Source of the DNA: an uncultured virus (IMG/VR IMGVR_UViG_3300025816_000007)
Taxonomy: Duplodnaviria > Heunggongvirae > Uroviricota > Caudoviricetes
IMG/VR virus record: IMGVR_UViG_3300025816_000007
DNA: 62,951 bases
Reading direction: 5' to 3' (one strand)
The notes under the pieces were generated by a model, which was given only the letters and a program-made list of their open reading frames with translations, had not been told where the DNA came from and searched no databases. Position numbers and translations under genes: made by a program. Below, piece after piece: positions 19,868 to 29,949 of the stretch. Each line of letters begins with the position of its first letter. Positions within the stretch are counted from its first letter, which is position 1.

Positions 19868-20710
19868 TCAATTTGCTATAACCATCAATTCTTTTGGCGT
19901 AGCATTTGCTCTATTATCAAAATCAAACCAGTTAAACAGGCTATAACACCATCCGGACATACAACCGTCCTCTTGACCTTCGCCCTCATTCCAAAGTCTA
20001 ACATCACTCATAATTTCACTAATTTTCTGTTCTTCATCTATTAACTCTTGACTGATTCTATCAATCACAGAAAATCGTAATTCGAATGACAACTTTTCGT
20101 ATGTTTTCAATTCAAATTCCAATTCTTCTGCTGTGTCTTTTATTGAGTCCCAAAGATGGCAACAATGACAACTAGCGGAAGGTGAACCATACGCCTTTTC
20201 ATACTCTGCCCATGATTTCGCAGGTCCTAGATAACTACTGTGTTGTACAAGACCTAACCCCCAAATATCTTCATGCACACAAATCAACTTAGCTTTGGTT
20301 TTACCAGTCGTTAGTGCAATCAATTCTAATTCATCAGGTGTTTTTTCACAGTAAAACGAGTCGTCACCATGCCAATTTTCCTCATCGTAGTAACAATGGC
20401 CTTCTTTCCATAGCCATTCTGCAGTATATCCTCCCCAACCACAACACGATACAATAAAATCCACACCTGTTCCAAAATACTTTTGCAATTGTGCCTTTGT
20501 ATAATGGACATCTGCGTGTTCGTGACACCCTGATTCGATATTAATTACTGCAAATTTATATTCTTTTTTCAGTTTTTTTTCACATTCTCTGCCAATCGGA
20601 GATTTTCTGCTTGATTCTAATTTGTATTTCTTTTTACAAAGTAAACAAGCATCAAACTCCTTTGCATCATACACGTGTTCTACAAAACCTTTATCTTCAA
20701 ATAAATTCAT
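19868..20710 (-). CDS. Protein with N-terminal DUF6011-like Zn finger
   Basis: CLLCKK...S..SPIGRECEKK. Confidence 0.65.
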   Translation of the reverse strand: MNLFEDKGFVEHVYDAKEFDACLLCKKKYKLESSRKSPIGRECEKKLKKEYKFAVINIESGCHEHADVHYTKAQLQKYFGTGVDFIVSCCGWGGYTAEWLWKEGHCYYDEENWHGDDSFYCEKTPDELELIALTTGKTKAKLICVHEDIWGLGLVQHSSYLGPAKSWAEYEKAYGSPSASCHCCHLWDSIKDTAEELEFELKTYEKLSFELRFSVIDRISQELIDEEQKISEIMSDVRLWNEGEGQEDGCMSGWCYSLFNWFDFDNRANATPKELMVIAN

Positions 20711-20712
20711 GT

Positions 20713-21762
20713 TCAATCTGCACTATTTTGAATTCTTTCAATGTGCTCTTTAATCGTAAGCCTTCTTTTTTCATCTCCAATAACAAACTTGTGCTGTATC
20801 AAAGTTGCTTTCCCATGCTTGTTTACGCCTTTTTCAATGCAGGCGGACTCACCACAAAAACCAGTAACATACGGTTGTCGGTGATGTCCATGATTGCATC
20901 GACCACCTTTGTTTAGTGGTTCGCCTGCTTCATGCCATAGCACATGCTTATCGATTTTGTAAAAATTTTCTTCAATCTTTAATGCCTCTTTTAGTCCAAT
21001 ACCATCAGATTCTACAAGGCGATCTATCTCCCAATCTGACAACCAAGGGCACCACATACATGATGACTTGGCTACTGGTGAACCATCGCCTTTGTAATCC
21101 CAATTCATGTGTTTTAGGATATCAAGGCAATCTTCCCTTGTCAAATTCATTTCAATCAGCGGATACAGGAATTCGTGTCCTGTTCTATCGTCCGACATCT
21201 TTGCTCGGTTCATTGTGAACCTCTTGTGTCTTTTACTTTCATTAGCTTCTATACCCAAGCTCCAAATCTTCAATGATTCTGGAAACTTTTCATCTGCCCA
21301 TTTCCTTTGTACACCACCTTTGAACTTATCAGAACATACGTGGCTTGCACCTGGAAGCATAGGCAAAACGCTAGAATCCGTCAACCATTCGTGAATGGTA
21401 TAAGGCTCAACAACATAACGAAATTGATTTTTCGATATATCATCTAAACTTCTGTACTCCTTTACCCTAATTCTATCATTAGTAATTTTATGCCGATAGA
21501 ATCCTTGCTTAAATTGTAATATCTCAAGGTCTAGGCCTTTGTCATAACAAAGGCGTTCAGCATATTCTATGTTTTCATAAGTCTCAGGCCATTCTGAACC
21601 TGGGTCTGCGAATACAACATAGTCATAATCTGGTATGTACTTTCTTAATTCTTTAACTGTAATTCCTAAATATTCTGCAGCTTTCTTTGGCTCTAGGTTC
21701 ATCGCTAAAATTGCGCTAGAGTCAACTCCTCCTCCAAAACTCAAAAAGTTTATTTCGTTCAT
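20713..21762 (-). CDS. PAPS reductase-family (PP-loop) protein
   Basis: LSFGGGVDSSA, FADPGSEWPETY, YPLIE, KSSCMWCP. Confidence 0.8.
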   Translation of the reverse strand: MNEINFLSFGGGVDSSAILAMNLEPKKAAEYLGITVKELRKYIPDYDYVVFADPGSEWPETYENIEYAERLCYDKGLDLEILQFKQGFYRHKITNDRIRVKEYRSLDDISKNQFRYVVEPYTIHEWLTDSSVLPMLPGASHVCSDKFKGGVQRKWADEKFPESLKIWSLGIEANESKRHKRFTMNRAKMSDDRTGHEFLYPLIEMNLTREDCLDILKHMNWDYKGDGSPVAKSSCMWCPWLSDWEIDRLVESDGIGLKEALKIEENFYKIDKHVLWHEAGEPLNKGGRCNHGHHRQPYVTGFCGESACIEKGVNKHGKATLIQHKFVIGDEKRRLTIKEHIERIQNSAD

Positions 21763-21764
21763 GT

Positions 21765-22109
21765 TCAATCGGAGTTCCTATTCCAATGGTTAGTCACTCG
21801 CCTGTAACTGGTGTGTTTCAATCCGTCTTTCTTTGATTCAATCCAGCCTTTTTTTGCGGCATGTTGCACGAAGCCCTTTACTTTGGCGTTCTCCAACATT
21901 GACGCTGGCGCCTGTAATTCTTTTCGTATTTGCCTTATGCTTTTCCAACGATCATCAATGGCTAACAAAACTAATGCAAAGTCAGTCAACATGTATTGTT
22001 TGTTGAAACCGCCTTGTTTCCAGGACATGTCTAAAGTTACATTTATTGCACTAACGAATCCTGATTTATGCGTCACATCTATCTTTTTCTTAGTAAACGG
22101 TTCTTCCAT
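21765..22109 (-). CDS. Hypothetical, winged-helix-like
   Basis: ORF motif to motif. Confidence 0.6.
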   Translation of the reverse strand: MEEPFTKKKIDVTHKSGFVSAINVTLDMSWKQGGFNKQYMLTDFALVLLAIDDRWKSIRQIRKELQAPASMLENAKVKGFVQHAAKKGWIESKKDGLKHTSYRRVTNHWNRNSD

Positions 22110-22111
22110 GT

Positions 22112-22972
22112 TCAATAATCACTTTCGATTCTAGGAGCCAAAAAGAATTGTACATACAATTTTCTTTCTGATTCATACCCGAAATCCCAGTTAACTGATA
22201 TACTTATCGGGTAATTATCTCCTGATTCAATCGTAATTTGTTGTTTCTTCAATGCTTTTGCAATACCATGGAGGTAGCTCAAACTAAATTGAGATCTTGA
22301 CCTTCCATTTTCATGCTTTGCAGTTTCGTTATTTAGTTCTGTAGATACCGAAGTCGAGTTTTCACTTTGCCCTTTGATTGTAGAAGTTATTAGTTTCCCA
22401 TCTTCAATCTCAATGAGCATCAAATCTGCAACTGACTTGCATAGTTCAACTTTATTCAGGAAATCTTCACCCGACAGCGTAACTTTTGCTGGCAAACTCA
22501 TTTGTGGCACATTAGGCCAACTCATTGCATTAGACAGAAGATTGTAGCTTACGACCTTCTTCTTATCTTCGCTTTCATTCACAATTGTAAGATGTTTTTT
22601 ATCGTTATTGATGTGTATATCTAGCATTTCAGCGTAAGTCTTAGCATCTCCTCTGCCAGTAGCCTTACCCCACTTTGCTTTCTTCATCAAGTTTAGAACA
22701 TTCTTAACATCAATGTCAACTCTCTGCGCCATTCCTAAGTTGTGTAACGGTTTTGCACCGTAATTTACGTGAACCATCGAAATGTGCGATGGGTCGACTA
22801 ATTTGCATTCAATCAATCCATCACAAAACGCTATCTTTGCATCGCAATTTACTACATTTAAAACCTCTAATACAGTCATTAATTCTATTCCTGGAATCTT
22901 TACTTCCAAGTCTCCATAATTTACTGAATTTTCAGCAATCTTATCTTTAACCTTCTTTTTACTAACTACCAT
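22112..22972 (-). CDS. pcn: DNA polymerase sliding clamp (PCNA)
   Basis: VDPSHISMV, SQFSLSYL, GDNYPI, C-terminal FFLAPRIE. Confidence 0.9.
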   Translation of the reverse strand: MVVSKKKVKDKIAENSVNYGDLEVKIPGIELMTVLEVLNVVNCDAKIAFCDGLIECKLVDPSHISMVHVNYGAKPLHNLGMAQRVDIDVKNVLNLMKKAKWGKATGRGDAKTYAEMLDIHINNDKKHLTIVNESEDKKKVVSYNLLSNAMSWPNVPQMSLPAKVTLSGEDFLNKVELCKSVADLMLIEIEDGKLITSTIKGQSENSTSVSTELNNETAKHENGRSRSQFSLSYLHGIAKALKKQQITIESGDNYPISISVNWDFGYESERKLYVQFFLAPRIESDY

Positions 22973-22974
22973 GT

Positions 22975-23127
22975 TCAATTTATCAGTTTAGAATAAATCC
23001 ATGCAAACGGGATTACTAGCATAGCTACGATGATTATAACGACAGCTAATGGCAGTTCCAAAAAGAGTATTCTCTTCACTGACATGTCCCTGTATCGCTT
23101 TCCATCAATCATCGATGTGCTATCCAT
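22975..23127 (-). CDS. Small membrane protein, 50 aa
   Basis: Hand-translated; ILFLELPLAVVIIVAMLVIPFAWIY; stop in motif. Confidence 0.55.
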   Translation of the reverse strand: MDSTSMIDGKRYRDMSVKRILFLELPLAVVIIIVAMLVIPFAWIYSKLIN

Positions 23128-23128
23128 T

Positions 23129-23425
23129 TCAGTCCCTAGCCCAAACCAAATTCAATACTGGTGCTTTTTCGTTATCGCTATTGTTTTTGAATGCAATAAT
23201 TTTAACATTTGCTGGAATTGTAATTTCCTTTGTAATCCACTTCTCTGCAAAAACCTTTGAATCATGCCTGACATTTCCATCTTTGTCTTTTGGCTTCCAT
23301 AGCCCACAGATTTCCTTGTATCGTGTGTTCTCTGTCATCATAAGTTTATGCGCTGCTTCTTGAAATGATATTCCTTCCTCTTTAACAATTTCTTCAACCT
23401 TTTCCAAATATACTTCATATTCCAT
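23129..23425 (-). CDS. Hypothetical protein
   Basis: ORF from motif ATG. Confidence 0.65.
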   Translation of the reverse strand: MEYEVYLEKVEEIVKEEGISFQEAAHKLMMTENTRYKEICGLWKPKDKDGNVRHDSKVFAEKWITKEITIPANVKIIAFKNNSDNEKAPVLNLVWARD

Positions 23426-23427
23426 GT

Positions 23428-23745
23428 TTAATCACCCTTATGTCTTAGGTGTAACGAACTAAGCCAAAAAATCTTTCGTATTTCTTTATCTGTAAACTCG
23501 ATATTGTTAATTTTGAGAGACACCGGTATTCTTGGTATTTCCACATTAGAATTCATATTATCATCTAAGTATTCTATAAAACGATCTTCTTCTTCAAATA
23601 TCGGTAAATGTGTTGCATAATTAAATAAATGCATATCACACCATAGCCTTATTGCTACATTCCCTATCATCTTATGCTCATTAGCCTCATCGAAAGGCCT
23701 TCTATCTGCTGTTTTCATTTTCTCAATCAACTTGTCTTCCTTCAC
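23428..23745 (-). CDS. Hypothetical protein (GTG start in motif variant ATTGAACGTG)
   Basis: ORF motif variant to motif. Confidence 0.6.
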   Translation of the reverse strand: MKEDKLIEKMKTADRRPFDEANEHKMIGNVAIRLWCDMHLFNYATHLPIFEEEDRFIEYLDDNMNSNVEIPRIPVSLKINNIEFTDKEIRKIFWLSSLHLRHKGD

Positions 23746-23747
23746 GT

Positions 23748-24059
23748 TCAATGTAATTCGTTTGGATTTATGATTGCTACATCGCCCACAAGAATTGTGA
23801 ATCCTTTGTGTGCCTGATTACCTTCCCATAGAATCCTTGTAGCAGCGTCATTTGGAGGTTTGCCCCTCAAATCGCCCTCTTCATCCATTATCATTAGTTT
23901 CTCTACCCCATCAACCATAACAGGCAGAGTTGTTACATATGTGCATTTGCAGATATCATACAACTCTTCTAATTTGTAGAATTGTCCTTTAGGAACTATG
24001 TCTTCTATCACTTGCTGTTCTGTTTCCTCATTAATCTCTGTTCGTATAACTAATCCCAT
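23748..24059 (-). CDS. DUF3846-like protein
   Basis: YKLEELY..C, MIMDEEG.L...PPNDAAT, ILVGDVAI. Confidence 0.7.
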   Translation of the reverse strand: MGLVIRTEINEETEQQVIEDIVPKGQFYKLEELYDICKCTYVTTLPVMVDGVEKLMIMDEEGDLRGKPPNDAATRILWEGNQAHKGFTILVGDVAIINPNELH

Positions 24060-24061
24060 GT

Positions 24062-24364
24062 TCAATATCTTGGGTCGCCCCAATTCTCCATATCGATTCT
24101 GTGTTGGTTATCTGAATTTGATTGAGACCTGTCAATCATGTAATCCCAATCAATGTCCAGGTTTTCTAGTGCCTCTACAATCAACTGTGCATCCTTCTTT
24201 CCGTCTCTTTCGTTACTTTTCCCAACAAATGTATGCTCTGGTAGCGGTTCTTCTGCGTATTCCGCAACAGATTTCTTGAAATCTTTAATTTCTTTTCTAA
24301 TCCTATATACTTGACTTAATAACATCTCATAATGCTTTATATCACCGTAGTTACTTTCTTCCAT
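24062..24364 (-). CDS. Hypothetical protein
   Basis: ORF motif to motif. Confidence 0.65.
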   Translation of the reverse strand: MEESNYGDIKHYEMLLSQVYRIRKEIKDFKKSVAEYAEEPLPEHTFVGKSNERDGKKDAQLIVEALENLDIDWDYMIDRSQSNSDNQHRIDMENWGDPRY

Positions 24365-24366
24365 GT

Positions 24367-24771
24367 TCAATCATCTCCTTCCTCGTAGTGTCCTTTGAAA
24401 GCCTCTTTCAATTCAGCCTCATTCATGTTGAGTAACTTCTCATGCCAAAAAGCAATTTCTTCTTCTTGGCTGCCTCCTGTTCCCGATAGGCGTATGGCAT
24501 CCCATAACAAGTCCAACTCTTTCTTTTGGCTTATTTGGGGTCGTCTTGAGAGTCGTAGGCTTTCCTTACCGGCTTCCCAAATTTCTTCAATCGTATCTTT
24601 CGCACGTTCCAATTTCAACCAATATTCATCGCCCTCGAATTTTCCCAATAATTCTTCGAAGACACTTTCATGATGGTCTTCAAATGCAAGTGTATTCCCC
24701 CAAGATAACGCCATTTCAGCTACTTTCAAATCCAATTCATATTCCTTATCCAATTCATATTCCTTATCCAT
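24367..24771 (-). CDS. Acidic hypothetical protein with N-terminal DKEYEL duplication
   Basis: ORF motif to motif. Confidence 0.65.
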   Translation of the reverse strand: MDKEYELDKEYELDLKVAEMALSWGNTLAFEDHHESVFEELLGKFEGDEYWLKLERAKDTIEEIWEAGKESLRLSRRPQISQKKELDLLWDAIRLSGTGGSQEEEIAFWHEKLLNMNEAELKEAFKGHYEEGDD

Positions 24772-24773
24772 GT

Positions 24774-24986
24774 TCAATTCCAAACCTCGTGTTGGGTTCT
24801 TAGCACATGAATGCAATGTCCCAATTTCACTTCTGGTATTTCCTCATTTCCTTCCAGTATAGCAACTGCATATCCCATAGATTGTTGTTGGTCTAAGCCT
24901 TTCCTCATTCCTTTCATCATAGCTCTAATAATCATGGAATATTGTAAATCAGATTCTGTCTCAATTTCTCCTTTGTATGTTACCAT
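24774..24986 (-). CDS. Hypothetical protein
   Basis: ORF motif to motif. Confidence 0.6.
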   Translation of the reverse strand: MVTYKGEIETESDLQYSMIIRAMMKGMRKGLDQQQSMGYAVAILEGNEEIPEVKLGHCIHVLRTQHEVWN

Positions 24987-24992
24987 GTTCAA

Positions 24993-25922
24993 TCATAATA
25001 GCAATTTGACTCCATTTTCTGGATTCATCAATCTCATAATTACCTCTAGCGGGCCGAAGGTCAATTTTCCCCCTGCGCCTTGCTTTGTTTTGTAATTGAG
25101 GCTACTTTCTTCGTTTTCACAATTAATGCAGAAGGTAAATGATAATCCCCATGGGATTACCGCCCTTTCTGCGGGATCTTTGATTCCTTGTGTTCCTCTT
25201 TGTGTTCCCCTTGGTGCTAATTCCCACCTTCGAGGTTCAGGCCATAACATATCAATAGGGAATACTCCCCACATATCTGTTGGCTTTTGAGGCCTTCTTT
25301 GTTGTAAATCGCCACCAGACCAAGATGCAAAATAAGTTGTTAGAGTTGGATATTTCCATACCTTTCTCAACATTCCACGTGGATTCTCCATCGACCAATA
25401 CCTAGGATTGATTTCTTGAATCATGTCATGTATGTGATGCACTAATAATAGCGAATTTTCTGCAAACTCTGTTTTTGGAGAGTATGTGTTTTTCGCCCAA
25501 TGAGTGCCACAACTAGCTACACTAAACCCTTGACAAGGGGGTGATGCTAGTATTATGTCCCAATCTCTTCCCAGGTCGTCAACGGATAATTCCATTATGT
25601 CAGCGCATATATCTGGTTCGAACTTAGGGTCAATATCTATTGTAACCACATAATGTCCTCTTTCAGCAAACGCTTTGCTCCAACCTTTTTTGCCACAACA
25701 CAAATCTAACACTCTCAGTTTCTTTGTGTGCTGCTTGTATTCCGGTGCTAATTCTTTTCCTTCTGGATCTAAAATCGTCCTAATATCTGTAGCAAACTTC
25801 CAGCGACACTTCGTATGTATCCAATTACCATCTGACAATTGAATAGCTCTTGAGCCGCTTCGGATTGTTTTACCACAGCACAAACATTCCTGTTTTTGTC
25901 CTAATGTTCCGAATTCTATCAT
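24993..25922 (-). CDS. C5-cytosine DNA methyltransferase-like with N-terminal Zn finger
   Basis: VLDLCCGKKGWS, ASPPCQGFS, MENP, QKPT. Confidence 0.85.
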   Translation of the reverse strand: MIEFGTLGQKQECLCCGKTIRSGSRAIQLSDGNWIHTKCRWKFATDIRTILDPEGKELAPEYKQHTKKLRVLDLCCGKKGWSKAFAERGHYVVTIDIDPKFEPDICADIMELSVDDLGRDWDIILASPPCQGFSVASCGTHWAKNTYSPKTEFAENSLLLVHHIHDMIQEINPRYWSMENPRGMLRKVWKYPTLTTYFASWSGGDLQQRRPQKPTDMWGVFPIDMLWPEPRRWELAPRGTQRGTQGIKDPAERAVIPWGLSFTFCINCENEESSLNYKTKQGAGGKLTFGPLEVIMRLMNPENGVKLLL

Positions 25923-25924
25923 GT

Positions 25925-26125
25925 TCAATTGTCGACTATCACCACAGTCGCTCCCCAATCTTCTCCCAACGCTACTATCTTCGGTATGCAACCTTCACAC
26001 ATCCAATCTCCAAATGCGCCATCTTGCCATGTATGGGTCGTTAGGTTGTCGCAACCTCTAAAATTACATTTTGGAATCCAATCTATTCGTTGTTCAACAG
26101 GGCACCATTTCTTAATTATTACCAT
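25925..26125 (-). CDS. Small Cys-rich protein
   Basis: ORF motif to motif. Confidence 0.6.
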   Translation of the reverse strand: MVIIKKWCPVEQRIDWIPKCNFRGCDNLTTHTWQDGAFGDWMCEGCIPKIVALGEDWGATVVIVDN

Positions 26126-26158
26126 GTTCAATCTTTCTCTAAGGCATCTTGTATTTCA

Positions 26159-26398
26159 TCAGTCAAAGCGACATAGGCTGTAAATGTGTTCAAACAGTTC
26201 CCGACCTTCTTCTGTATATCCAGTAGGTTCTTCGTCTGAACAAATGACATTTCCATCTTTGTCTAAACTGTAAACTTGTGCCTCCATGTCGAATAATTCA
26301 ATCATACGATTGATTATTTGGTCTGCAGTCTCACAAGCAAACTGTATCTTTGTGCTATCTTCCCACAATCCGTTTGCGTCTTCTATTTGTGTTTCCAT
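26159..26398 (-). CDS. Hypothetical protein
   Basis: ORF from motif ATG. Confidence 0.6.
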   Translation of the reverse strand: METQIEDANGLWEDSTKIQFACETADQIINRMIELFDMEAQVYSLDKDGNVICSDEEPTGYTEEGRELFEHIYSLCRFD

Positions 26399-26400
26399 GT

Positions 26401-26607
26401 TCAATCAACTATCGATTCTCCCCTCATGATTTTAAATACCCATGAAGGAGGGCACCAGCCCCCGTTTTGCTCTGATTCCGGTTTTAGAATCAAGTACATC
26501 TGCATTGCACCCGTCAAAAAGTCAGCTTCACTAACATTGCTTTTGCCAACGTGCCTTTTCCTATCTCTAAGCGCCTCTTCTACTGCTTCTTTCAATTCCT
26601 TTTCCAT
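26401..26607 (-). CDS. Hypothetical protein
   Basis: ORF motif to motif. Confidence 0.65.
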   Translation of the reverse strand: MEKELKEAVEEALRDRKRHVGKSNVSEADFLTGAMQMYLILKPESEQNGGWCPPSWVFKIMRGESIVD

Positions 26608-26609
26608 GT

Positions 26610-27005
26610 TTAATATTGCAAAATCGTATCTCCCTCTGTCATTAATTTGCAGAGTTGTCCATCAAACATGAACACATAAGAGCCTACATCCATTTCCCAT
26701 GGCTCAAAGAAAATCGTCGTGTCTAATGCTATGACGATTGTAATTTCATCGCCAGCCATCATGTTCACGAACTCTTCTTTGAATTCTATTTGTCTTACAA
26801 TTTCACCAGTTCTTCTGTTGGGAACTTTCCATTTCCCATTGTTAATATCCTTTAAGTCAGCAAATGTGCCGACCTTCCAACATTTCTTTCCAAATTTAAT
26901 GGGTTCTCCGCCATTTATTGTAACAGTGGAGTGTGATGAAATATGTTCATCAGCACTCAATCTCTTGCTCCAAGGTCTTAGAATTTCATCTACCTGATTT
27001 TTCAT
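26610..27005 (-). CDS. Hypothetical protein
   Basis: ORF motif to motif. Confidence 0.65.
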   Translation of the reverse strand: MKNQVDEILRPWSKRLSADEHISSHSTVTINGGEPIKFGKKCWKVGTFADLKDINNGKWKVPNRRTGEIVRQIEFKEEFVNMMAGDEITIVIALDTTIFFEPWEMDVGSYVFMFDGQLCKLMTEGDTILQY

Positions 27006-27007
27006 GT

Positions 27008-27229
27008 TCAATTTTCTTCATGCATAATGCTATGCACTCTTGAATAGGCCGTTATAGAATATTCTGCTCCGCATTCATCTTCGTCGCCCATTTGCCCTGT
27101 AGCCTCGCAAGTATAATCAAAATTAAACTCTAAGTTTTCTCCATCTTGACTAATTGTAGCACTATCTATATCTAATTCTACAAAACATTGCTGCCCGCAT
27201 TCATCACATCTAAAGTTATAATCTACCAT
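27008..27229 (-). CDS. Small Zn-binding protein
   Basis: CDEC...C...CGAEY; motif to motif. Confidence 0.6.
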   Translation of the reverse strand: MVDYNFRCDECGQQCFVELDIDSATISQDGENLEFNFDYTCEATGQMGDEDECGAEYSITAYSRVHSIMHEEN

Positions 27230-27231
27230 GT

Positions 27232-27615
27232 TCAATCTTTATTCAGTAACTTTTGTCCGCATGAATCGCAATACAATTCATCTAACTCGTCCACTACTTC
27301 TTTAATCACATCAGGTTTTGTTTTATCTCTGCTGAAAGTCCAATCTGCAACAGGAACCCGATCACAATACTTGTCGCCAGTTAGCATGAACTTAGCTGAT
27401 TGCTCTTTATCGTCTTTCTGAAAAGTCACCCAAGTTTCCTCATAATTCAGTGATTGATAAGCTACATCTTCTGCAACTGTCACATCTATGCCCGAATTCT
27501 TGATAACATCGTCTCCTCCCCAAGACTTCATTGCAGTTACGACATATCCTCTGCTAAACATCTTTTTTATAAAATCTTCTAATCCTTCAAGTCCAAAAAA
27601 TTTCAACCTTCTCAT
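27232..27615 (-). CDS. Hypothetical protein
   Basis: ORF motif to motif. Confidence 0.65.
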   Translation of the reverse strand: MRRLKFFGLEGLEDFIKKMFSRGYVVTAMKSWGGDDVIKNSGIDVTVAEDVAYQSLNYEETWVTFQKDDKEQSAKFMLTGDKYCDRVPVADWTFSRDKTKPDVIKEVVDELDELYCDSCGQKLLNKD

Positions 27616-27617
27616 GT

Positions 27618-27932
27618 TCAATCGTCAAGGTCAACCACCACCTGCTCAAGTATTAAGTTTCGACACTCATACCATTCCATGTTGCTCGGTTTTCCTTCAA
27701 GCATTTCAACCACGAACTTTAATTCATCACGCAACCGCTTGACTTCTGCTCGCTCATCCATGAGTGCTTGAAGAAGAATTGGTGCGTCTGCCATCAGTTG
27801 TGCGTTTGCTTTGTTCTCCATATCCACAAAATCATGAGGCATACCGCCCCACTTAATGATAAGACCCACCCCATCGTCATCAACATGCCATTCTCCTTCT
27901 GTATGTCCTTCGTATTTGTCTGTGTCAATCAT
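27618..27932 (-). CDS. Phage-type hypothetical (HTxGxW...ANAQLMADAP)
   Basis: Pattern common in phage proteins; ATGA overlap. Confidence 0.65.
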   Translation of the reverse strand: MIDTDKYEGHTEGEWHVDDDGVGLIIKWGGMPHDFVDMENKANAQLMADAPILLQALMDERAEVKRLRDELKFVVEMLEGKPSNMEWYECRNLILEQVVVDLDD

Positions 27933-28078
27933 TCAATCACTTCCTGTCTTACAAACTTTACAACTGTATCACTAAAACGCCATTCAAATGATTCGCCATC
28001 ATCCAATAGTTGTTTAAACAAATCAATATCATGTTCAGTAATTGGTATTGTTATTCTTCTCATTCGTTTTGCCTCCAT
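27929..28078 (-). CDS. Small protein, 49 aa
   Basis: Hand-translated MEAKRMRRITIPITEHD... from motif ATG. Confidence 0.55.
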   Translation of the reverse strand: MEAKRMRRITIPITEHDIDLFKQLLDDGESFEWRFSDTVVKFVRQEVIE

Positions 28079-28080
28079 GT

Positions 28081-28551
28081 TCAATTTGTTCCAAATCCCC
28101 CTAGTGCATCCATCACAATTTGCAATCCTTGAACTGCCTTATTTTCGACTTCTATTGAGTCTCCATTGTGTTTTATGTATGCTTCTTTGAATAATTCTAA
28201 ATCTAATTTTTCTTTCAAGTGTTCATAGATTTGTTTCTCTTTCTTTCGAGAACGCCTCTTCCTTTCATCTATTGTCAGCCTAGCACCTGCAGAGGCTTTG
28301 CCTAATACAAACGCTTCTGTCATCCAACCGTAGCCATCGCCATTGGTATGCCAACTCAATTCTGTTTCATTTACTCTAATGTAAATTCCTTTTCCTTTTT
28401 GGTAATCGACTTTTACTGCAGCGTATTTTCCTCGAACAACTCTTAATGTGTCTGTGCCAGGAACCTTTTCTTCTACATCTCCAATCTTGATTACCATTCG
28501 ATTTTTGCCATCCATGTATTCTCTTTCTTTCAAATCATACTCTCTTTCCAT
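28081..28551 (-). CDS. Hypothetical protein
   Basis: ORF motif to motif. Confidence 0.7.
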   Translation of the reverse strand: MEREYDLKEREYMDGKNRMVIKIGDVEEKVPGTDTLRVVRGKYAAVKVDYQKGKGIYIRVNETELSWHTNGDGYGWMTEAFVLGKASAGARLTIDERKRRSRKKEKQIYEHLKEKLDLELFKEAYIKHNGDSIEVENKAVQGLQIVMDALGGFGTN

Positions 28552-28553
28552 GT

Positions 28554-28856
28554 TCAATCTTCCCACAAGTAACCTTGTAGTTTAATTAGCGGTTTGGCTT
28601 CTATCTTCATGCCTTCAAAAGTTCCATCGTAACGGCAATCAATTGTCCAACTCCCACCTTCATGCTCTGTTATAGCTTCTGAAAGTGAATCGCCGGCTCT
28701 ATCATACCATTCGCTAGTTTCTTCGTCATAATTGTCATATTTGTCTTTCATAATATCTAAAGCGAATTTCACAGGATCGGGTCTTTCTGCCTCCCTGTAA
28801 ACAAACACTTCTCCATCATGCATATCATAACCAAAAATTATCCAATCTTCATCCAT
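28554..28856 (-). CDS. Acidic hypothetical protein
   Basis: ORF motif to motif. Confidence 0.65.
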   Translation of the reverse strand: MDEDWIIFGYDMHDGEVFVYREAERPDPVKFALDIMKDKYDNYDEETSEWYDRAGDSLSEAITEHEGGSWTIDCRYDGTFEGMKIEAKPLIKLQGYLWED

Positions 28857-28858
28857 GT

Positions 28859-29947
28859 TCAATCTTTTCTTATTGCTTCAAACAATCGCCCAAAACAATT
28901 TTCGCTCAATTCTTCTATTTGGCCCGCAGGGTCAACCCAGTCTTCCCATATGGTTATCGCTAAATCTTCAATATCCATAGAATCTACATAGTGTTCTGAA
29001 ACTATGTAAGTCTCGGTAGCGACTATATCAGCCCATATCTTGCCAACCACGGTACCTTCAAAGTCGCTATAGGTCATCCCGTTCTCTACTGCCTCCATTA
29101 TTTTGTCAATCCAAAATCCGTGAGGCAATCCAAAACTTCGGTAAAGCGACCTCACCCAGTTCAAATCTACATCAAATCCCCAAGAAGTATGCCCAGTTAT
29201 ACCGGTAGTCAAAAGTTCTTGAATTTCTGGATAAACATCATCCATCATATTCCGCCATTCTTCATCTCCAAGCCTTCTCACTAGCTCAGGTACTTCTTCA
29301 CATCTATCATAGAAGAAATCGTAATCTAATTTGTTTCTATCTACCTTGAAATAAATTGTCGTCGGCCCATTTCCCATCCATTTTTTCAAATTGCCTAAGT
29401 CGGCATCCTCAAATTTTTGAGGGGTTTGATTTGTAAATATAGGCTCATACCAAACTGTACTAGCGTCTATTAGACTAACCTTCATTTCCCATTCATTGTG
29501 ACATACAATTGAATAATTTTCACTATAACCATCAGCATATACATATGCCAAAGGCACATATTTTCTTTTCTTCAATCTCAATGGATTGATTTCTATATGA
29601 TTAGGCAACTTTTCGTCTATGCTAATCTGTAGTTTTTTCCTGTGCCCCAGCAATATTGCTTTCATACCTGCTTTCTCGTTACTGCTAAGACCCAACCGAA
29701 AAGTCGACACAACTACAAAATCATCTTCATAGTTTTCGACTTTGGTTGCTGCCTTCGCTAATTCTGAGTCTAGTTTGCAGTCATACTTTAACATACGACT
29801 TTCAGTTCTTTCCTCAAGAAAATTAATGTGTAGGTCTTTTTTTTCAACCTTCTTCCAGCATTCAGGACCAAATCCTCTTCGCTTGTGTTCGTGAATCGTC
29901 AATTTTCTGCCACATGTAATACACTTATCATGTAGTATAGATTTCAT
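28859..29947 (-). CDS. Protein with N-terminal DUF6011-like Zn finger
   Basis: CITCGRKLT...RRGFGPECWKK. Confidence 0.75.
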   Translation of the reverse strand: MKSILHDKCITCGRKLTIHEHKRRGFGPECWKKVEKKDLHINFLEERTESRMLKYDCKLDSELAKAATKVENYEDDFVVVSTFRLGLSSNEKAGMKAILLGHRKKLQISIDEKLPNHIEINPLRLKKRKYVPLAYVYADGYSENYSIVCHNEWEMKVSLIDASTVWYEPIFTNQTPQKFEDADLGNLKKWMGNGPTTIYFKVDRNKLDYDFFYDRCEEVPELVRRLGDEEWRNMMDDVYPEIQELLTTGITGHTSWGFDVDLNWVRSLYRSFGLPHGFWIDKIMEAVENGMTYSDFEGTVVGKIWADIVATETYIVSEHYVDSMDIEDLAITIWEDWVDPAGQIEELSENCFGRLFEAIRKD

Positions 29948-29949
29948 GT

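Noticed and set aside
26128..26160. Possible frameshift that would extend 26159-26398 to end ...ALEKD* in the motif
   Set aside because: Plausible but cannot be separated from chance without reads or homologues.
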